Origin: Dehalococcoidia bacterium
Lineage (GTDB): Bacteria; Chloroflexota; Dehalococcoidia; GIF9; AB-539-J10
NCBI GenBank assembly: GCA_030612025.1
Contig: JAUWOR010000001.1
Span: 96,001-160,000, forward strand
Length of the DNA: 64,000 nucleotides
Direction: 5' to 3'
Below the pieces are notes generated by a model, which had not been told where the DNA came from, ran no database searches, and worked only from the letters and a program-made list of their open reading frames with translations. Every line of letters begins with the position of its first letter. The first letter of the stretch is position 1. The position numbers and the translations under genes were made by a program. Shown here in pieces: positions 58,634 to 64,000 of the stretch.

Positions 58634-59674
58634 TTAAATTAGGATTTTCCCGTTCTCTATAACTGCCTTGCCATCAAATTTCAGTGTTGGTTTTGGAATC
58701 ACAAAGTCTTGATGGAGATCTGCTGTTACCTTCCCACCCATGTGCGAGCTGTCCCCTACCGCGATATGAACTGTTTCCCTTATTTTTTCTGCTTCAAGTA
58801 CATTGTCAGGACGCCTTGCGTTGGGATTCGTGCCAATGCCCAGCTCGGCGCAATTTCTGCGGGAGAGATAAGGTTCCTCATTTTTCCCACAGGCTAGCAT
58901 CTCTCTGAACTCATTACCCACCTTACCCCCACTGATAACTTTTGTCACCTGCCCATCTTGGAAAACAAAGGTCATATCTTTTTCCAGATTTGCGTACCAG
59001 CCTTTTTCCACCACCAAATTTCCATTCGTCGTCCCTTCCAGGGGCACAGAAAAAACCTCGCCAGAGGGCAGATTTCCAAAGGCACCTTTTTCGGTAAATA
59101 TACCATCATCTATCAGCCCTTTTCTTCCTTCCAAGCTGAATCTTAGGTCTGTGCCGCCTGGGGATGTTACCGTGACCTCTCTTGCTTGGTCAACCAGTTT
59201 TGCTATCCTCTGGCATTCCTCGTGTACCTTGGTGAAGTCTGTCGCCATCGGCCCTCCGGGATAGAACATCTCGGGAAGAAACATAGGCATGCTCGCAATG
59301 CGCGTGCCCGATTTGGTAGCGTTCTCTCGTGCTTCTGTATGGGAAAGTGAGTAACTCGTTATAGCAATGGCTACATCAGCTTCCTTCAATTTTTCTTCTA
59401 CTTCTTTTCCAGGCTCTGCGCCATGCCTTCCCACAGAGGGATAGGCGTAAAATTGCACCTTGCAACTTGGGAACTTCTCACCTGCTATCTCGCTCACCAT
59501 CCTGGCGAGGAGGGACCTTTCCACCACTTCAGCAAGTTCTTTGCTTTCCTTCTTTACCCACTCCTCGGTGGTTGGCACATCTGTAATTACAAGTAGCCTC
59601 TCACCACTTTTGACGCCCATATTCACTTTGAACATGTTTATCACACCTGGTGCAACTTTTTCCCTCTCTACCAT
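58634..59674 (-). CDS. M29/AmpS-like (thermophilic leucyl) aminopeptidase-family metallohydrolase
   Basis: GNLPSGEVF..P, AELGIGTN, LEAEKI..TVHIAVGD, HQD. Confidence 0.85.
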   Translation of the reverse strand: MVEREKVAPGVINMFKVNMGVKSGERLLVITDVPTTEEWVKKESKELAEVVERSLLARMVSEIAGEKFPSCKVQFYAYPSVGRHGAEPGKEVEEKLKEADVAIAITSYSLSHTEARENATKSGTRIASMPMFLPEMFYPGGPMATDFTKVHEECQRIAKLVDQAREVTVTSPGGTDLRFSLEGRKGLIDDGIFTEKGAFGNLPSGEVFSVPLEGTTNGNLVVEKGWYANLEKDMTFVFQDGQVTKVISGGKVGNEFREMLACGKNEEPYLSRRNCAELGIGTNPNARRPDNVLEAEKIRETVHIAVGDSSHMGGKVTADLHQDFVIPKPTLKFDGKAVIENGKILI

Positions 59675-59678
59675 GTTA

Positions 59679-59996
59679 TCAGCCTCCTGTGCTTTTCAAT
59701 TTATCAACAAAATCCAGGATTAAACTATCGAGAAACTTGATGAACTCGTCTTTATCGCCCATTACAGAATACTTGTTATCGTTTATTTTCTTTCTTATCT
59801 CCACCAAGAATTCATCCGCTATATCTGCCTCTTCAAGAATCTCAATTAATCTGCTCGCCCCGTCGATCAATCTGAATGGGCCATATAGCTTTGGTTCCTC
59901 AACACAGTTTCTTGCCGAGGTTACCAGAAAGGCGAGCAGATTAAAAAAATCACCTTTTAGTTGACCCTTATCTATTGTGCCAGTGGACGACTTCAC
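59679..59996 (-). CDS. DUF6092-like small helical protein
   Basis: LLAFLVTSARNC.EEP..YGPFRLIDGASRL. Confidence 0.7.
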   Translation of the reverse strand: MKSSTGTIDKGQLKGDFFNLLAFLVTSARNCVEEPKLYGPFRLIDGASRLIEILEEADIADEFLVEIRKKINDNKYSVMGDKDEFIKFLDSLILDFVDKLKSTGG

Positions 59997-60483
59997 TAAC
60001 TCCCCTTCTTCTTGGCGGTTTTGGTATCTTTTCAGGATAGCCCAATGTGATCAGCAGTTCTGGATTTATGTGCTCTGGCAGGTCAAATAACCTCTTTATG
60101 GCACTTATGCCAAAAGACCTTACGGTGCAAGAACCGATTCCAAGGTCATGGCTAGCCAGCATGATGTTCTGGCTAGCCATGGAGATGTCCATTAGAGATA
60201 ATGTGTCTCTGCCAAGTTCACCGCAAAGCTCATATGCTCTTTTCAAGTCCCTGCAGACGATTACTATCGCTGCCGGATTCCCAAATATCCCCGGCGAGAA
60301 AGTCTTTATCTTTTTGATGTCATCGTCATTCTCTACCACAATAAATTCCCACGCCTGGGCATTACCTCCAGAGGGAGACCAGATGGCAGCCTCCACTATC
60401 TTCTCAAGCTGTTCCTTGGGAATTTTTCTATCCTGGTAGCTTCTTACGCTTCTTCTCCCCTTTATGGCGTCAAAGGTTTTCAT
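59968..60483 (-). CDS. Nitroreductase-family flavoprotein
   Basis: AIKGRRSVRSY, WSPSGGNAQ.W.F, MASQNIMLA..LGIGSC, LGYP. Confidence 0.92.
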   Translation of the reverse strand: MKTFDAIKGRRSVRSYQDRKIPKEQLEKIVEAAIWSPSGGNAQAWEFIVVENDDDIKKIKTFSPGIFGNPAAIVIVCRDLKRAYELCGELGRDTLSLMDISMASQNIMLASHDLGIGSCTVRSFGISAIKRLFDLPEHINPELLITLGYPEKIPKPPRRRGVSEVVHWHNR

Positions 60484-60517
60484 TAAATTCCCCCATGTGC
60501 CCAAGAAAAGGGTGAGT

Positions 60518-60919
60518 TTACACAATCAGTCGTGCTTTGGCCTCTCTTACTGCCTTGTAGAGGTTGAAAATGCTCCACAAAAGTGTAACTAGACAAACCG
60601 CGAACGCTACGTATGGAACTGCCGTCCCTACACCTTCAGTGAAGAAAGGAGCCAAAAACATAGCACATCCAGTAAGCCCCAATGAGAGCACAATCCAGTT
60701 ATGCTGTACGCATTTATTGCCAAGCTCCCATAAATCTTCTTCCTTGCTAATGCGCGGGAATATCAATGCCATACCTACCAACTGGATTATACCTATCGCC
60801 AGATAGACAATCCCGGTAAAGACGTTTTGAGACCATGCCACGGCTGCCAATACCAAAAGCACAATGGGAAAAATCAGGATTATGCCACTGGAAATTTTTA
60901 CATATCTTTTGAATTCCAT
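60518..60919 (-). CDS. Small 4-TM membrane protein
   Basis: Four hydrophobic segments; in operon. Confidence 0.75.
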   Translation of the reverse strand: MEFKRYVKISSGIILIFPIVLLVLAAVAWSQNVFTGIVYLAIGIIQLVGMALIFPRISKEEDLWELGNKCVQHNWIVLSLGLTGCAMFLAPFFTEGVGTAVPYVAFAVCLVTLLWSIFNLYKAVREAKARLIV

Positions 60920-60925
60920 TCTATA

Positions 60926-62293
60926 TCACGCTCCTGTCTTGTCTATTGTGTGTTCTCCCAGATCCATCTTTGCGCCAGCTTTGTCGCATGCGATGGCAAT
61001 TACAATGTAAAGCACCACTCCAAGTATCAAGCAAGTAAGGCACATTATTCCCCAACTTTCAGGTATAACCCATTTACCTAGCACCGTTGCCAGAATAGCT
61101 GAAAACCATCCAATCCAGTTTACCTTACCAAATTTCATGCCTGGCTGGAACTGATATCTCTCTCTAAGAGGCACTCCTTTGTACCAGCGGTACAACCAAA
61201 AGTCAGCGATCAAAACTCCACCCGCCGCAGGCAGGAATGTTCCGAGGAGCGTCAAAAATGCCATGAAGGGGTCCATAGCCGCCCCCCAAACACGTGCGAT
61301 CACTGCCGCTAGCGCTACGCCTATTGCCCCGGCAATGAGGACGATGTACTTCCTTTGAATGGGTAACCATAGATTTATAGCTAGGGAGGTGCTATATATA
61401 TTGTTGTCATTGGTTGACCATTGCCCTAGAATCGCCATCAGGAATGCACCGATACCGGCTCCGGCAGCAAGCAACGCCCCGGCAATATTCGCCTCACCTG
61501 TTACCAAGGTTATCGCGGCTGCCCCTGAAAGCATGTAAACCTGCAAAATCATAAGTTGAATTGTCCATGCTGCAGCACCATGCCAAATCTTTTTCGCGAA
61601 CCGACAGATATCGGCTGTAATGATAGCTCCCACAACATACATACCGACAACTTCGGTCACACCTACACCAAAGGGAACTGGGCTTACTGGTGCGATACTG
61701 GCAAGTCCGGCGAAGCCGCCCCCCTGTTGCACGCCTATCATGACTCCGAAGCCTGCGAGCAACATAAAGAAAGGGACCGCTAAATAACTGAAAAATGCCA
61801 GACCTCTAAAACCGATGTAGGCTGTAATTAGCATTAATATGCCGCCCCATATTGAGGCCCAAAACACAGTAGCCCACGGTGCCTCGGGGAAAATGGTGCT
61901 CATGATAACGCCAAACAGCCACGTCTGTACAGTGAACCAACCAAGGGCAGGTATACCAGAAACAATTGTCCCCCACACTTGTGAACCTACATTTCCAAAT
62001 GCGGGTCTCAAGTTTACATATGTAGAGCATCTAGAGATTCCACCAATTGGAGCCGTAAGCCCTCCTATAACTGCCAATATCGCCGAACCCACAACCGCAA
62101 CCCATATCGCATCCTTGAGATAAAACTGCAGACCGAGTACTGACCCTCCCCATAGCGCGGCGATACAACACAACACACCTGTATAGGTATAAAACATGGT
62201 AAGAAGAGACCTAGTCTCTTTCTTTGGTACAGGCACCAGTGCGTAATCGCCATACTTATCTTCCCAGGGCCAAACTTCTTTATTCTTTCTCAT
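60926..62293 (-). CDS. NCS1/cytosine permease-family transporter
   Basis: YALVPVP, FG..GS, GWFTVQ, ADICRF, QWSTNDNN.YS, GGVLIADF. Confidence 0.9.
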   Translation of the reverse strand: MRKNKEVWPWEDKYGDYALVPVPKKETRSLLTMFYTYTGVLCCIAALWGGSVLGLQFYLKDAIWVAVVGSAILAVIGGLTAPIGGISRCSTYVNLRPAFGNVGSQVWGTIVSGIPALGWFTVQTWLFGVIMSTIFPEAPWATVFWASIWGGILMLITAYIGFRGLAFFSYLAVPFFMLLAGFGVMIGVQQGGGFAGLASIAPVSPVPFGVGVTEVVGMYVVGAIITADICRFAKKIWHGAAAWTIQLMILQVYMLSGAAAITLVTGEANIAGALLAAGAGIGAFLMAILGQWSTNDNNIYSTSLAINLWLPIQRKYIVLIAGAIGVALAAVIARVWGAAMDPFMAFLTLLGTFLPAAGGVLIADFWLYRWYKGVPLRERYQFQPGMKFGKVNWIGWFSAILATVLGKWVIPESWGIMCLTCLILGVVLYIVIAIACDKAGAKMDLGEHTIDKTGA

Positions 62294-62402
62294 GTTAACA
62301 CCTCTTCAATTAGTTCTCGTTTTTCCCTTCCTTCCCTGACAGTCCCTTCACCATCTTAGTAGCTACCTATTATGTTTTTTATATCTACATCTTAATCTAT
62401 CA

Positions 62403-63134
62403 TCACAACCTCCCCAATATATTCCTTTCTTTATCCGGCGGAGGCATATATGTTTTTTTGCTCTGCTTCAAACCGAGGGCTATTAGCATCTCGAGATATT
62501 TTACCGCGACTGCCACGGGATATATTACCGGGACTCCATAACCTTTCTTCTTCAGGGCGTCCGATAAATCATCTGCTACCCCAAGCATCCCTGTGCACCC
62601 TAAGACGATAGCATGCGCACCATCCTCCGCTATTGCCTTTATTGACTCGTCAACTAAAGCGCTTGTCAGCTTTTTGACATCCGTTAGATCAAGAACTGGT
62701 ATGTTAATAAATCTTACAGATGCCAGCTTGCTGCCCAATCCAACTTCCATAACCCTATTTTCGAAAACTGTCAATGCGTTCTCCAATACGGTTACAATAG
62801 AGAATCTGTGTGCCAAATCCGCAGCACAAAGCATGGATATACTGCCAGGACCTACCACCGGGATATCAAGTTTTTCTCTCAGTGCATCCAGAGCAGGATC
62901 ACACATACAGTCTGTAATTACCCCATCGAAACCATCGGACTGGGCCTTCTCTGCCACCTTTATGATTCCGGGAGCAACCAGCATCTCATCATAGCTCGAT
63001 TCTATCGATGCCGTCCCATATTCGATAGCTTCAACATCAATTTCTGTGCCTTTAGAGGCAAACTTTTCTACCTCTTCTCGAGTGGGTGCTACAAATTCTT
63101 TTGTCGTTACCGGCACTATTACCTTAATTTTCAT
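62403..63134 (-). CDS. Asp/Glu/hydantoin racemase family
   Basis: GTASIES.YDE, DCMCDPAL.ALRE, VLGCTGM two-Cys motif. Confidence 0.9.
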   Translation of the reverse strand: MKIKVIVPVTTKEFVAPTREEVEKFASKGTEIDVEAIEYGTASIESSYDEMLVAPGIIKVAEKAQSDGFDGVITDCMCDPALDALREKLDIPVVGPGSISMLCAADLAHRFSIVTVLENALTVFENRVMEVGLGSKLASVRFINIPVLDLTDVKKLTSALVDESIKAIAEDGAHAIVLGCTGMLGVADDLSDALKKKGYGVPVIYPVAVAVKYLEMLIALGLKQSKKTYMPPPDKERNILGRL

Positions 63135-63243
63135 GCTGATTCATCCCTTGCTTGCTCTCCTGTTATCTTTTCACCTCAAATTCGTACTTCAACTCTATAG
63201 TAGGAAATAAGATATAAGAGGAAACTTCATGCAGTTTTCCTCA

Positions 63244-63999
63244 TTACCCTACCGGAACATACCCACCTTTATATCCGATACTTTCAAGGACATGCTTAAA
63301 TACTTGGAATCCTTCAGGCGGCCTCCACTTCTCGTGGGCTTTTTTCCCTATTACTGCTACATCCATTCCTTCCGCTACGTCCGCATTTGTAAGAGGTTCT
63401 CCATCTGTTCTCAACCAACAGATAGAGTCAGGCACTGTTACCAGTGGCTTGTCCTTTCTCCATGCCATCATATTCTCGTTTTTGTAGTCCACAATGATGT
63501 CTTCTACAAAGACCCTACCATAATCAAAGCCTGCCTTAACCTCTTCCGTCTTCTTGGCAATCTTCCCCCTGGCAAGTACAATACCATCTATAGCTTCTGT
63601 TGCTGCCTCGACCACATCTCTTCCAGATGCTTTTGCTTCTCTTATACCTTTTCCCACTTTCTCTGCTAGCGACAGTGCACCTGGTATCACCACCTCTTTA
63701 AGTTGTTTTCCTGTCATTAGATGACAGGCTAACCCAGCAGTCATACCAAATACTGTGGTTACCGCCCTGCCCAGCTCTTCACCCATGTAGGCATCAGTTA
63801 CGTATAGAATGGCAGAATTCCCTTTTGAATCTGCCAGCGAAATTGGAGAAACAGGAATGCCGTGAATATAAAACATGGTCATTTCCAGTTCTGGTACCGC
63901 TCTTCCAGCACCATCACCGTCTACGACCGGCAAACCTTTAACAGCCCCCGCATGTAATGGAGTCACAGAATTAAAACCGCCCGTTTCTACAGGAACCAC
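63244..63999 (-). CDS. DUF917 family protein (5' end outside the window)
   Basis: P.ETGGFN, PVVDGDGAGRAVPEL, GFDYG, YKNEN, VPDSIC. Confidence 0.88.
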   Translation of the reverse strand: MVPVETGGFNSVTPLHAGAVKGLPVVDGDGAGRAVPELEMTMFYIHGIPVSPISLADSKGNSAILYVTDAYMGEELGRAVTTVFGMTAGLACHLMTGKQLKEVVIPGALSLAEKVGKGIREAKASGRDVVEAATEAIDGIVLARGKIAKKTEEVKAGFDYGRVFVEDIIVDYKNENMMAWRKDKPLVTVPDSICWLRTDGEPLTNADVAEGMDVAVIGKKAHEKWRPPEGFQVFKHVLESIGYKGGYVPVG

Positions 64000-64000
64000 G

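Overview
Anaerobic bacterial chromosome segment. The gene content and protein style suggest Chloroflexota, probably Dehalococcoidia-like; this is inference, as there is no marker gene in the window. From left to right the window holds: (1) housekeeping SAM-cycle and sugar-phosphate genes (ahcY, metK, pgm/pmm, pgi/pmi), interrupted by a small defence islet with a restriction-like nuclease and two TA pairs; (2) an integrase-less array of three methyltransferase genes separated by attC-like sites, next to tRNA-Ser(GCT); (3) a ~20 kb C1/energy locus with a Tat-less group 1 [NiFe] hydrogenase, three metF, two metV, a cNMP-domain histidine kinase with two receiver-only regulators, several HdrA/MvhD/HdrC genes, and an hdrA split by an inserted NuoE-NuoF-NuoG'(HydCBA-like) cassette; (4) an accessory stretch with small ORFs and an IS remnant; (5) typA, a frameshifted rlmB and tRNA-Ala(TGC); (6) ccdA-tlpA with a truncated trxA; (7) an acyl-ligase/ACP/FabF module with a partial duplication and a catalytically degenerate IS6-like gene; (8) a Liv-type ABC transporter; (9) a DUF917/hydantoin-racemase/NCS1 catabolic cluster. 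Several families of short palindromic or heptameric repeats and a TIR-bounded MITE recur throughout, and four repeats sit in frame inside intact housekeeping genes. All assignments were made by eye from motifs; no database searches were run.
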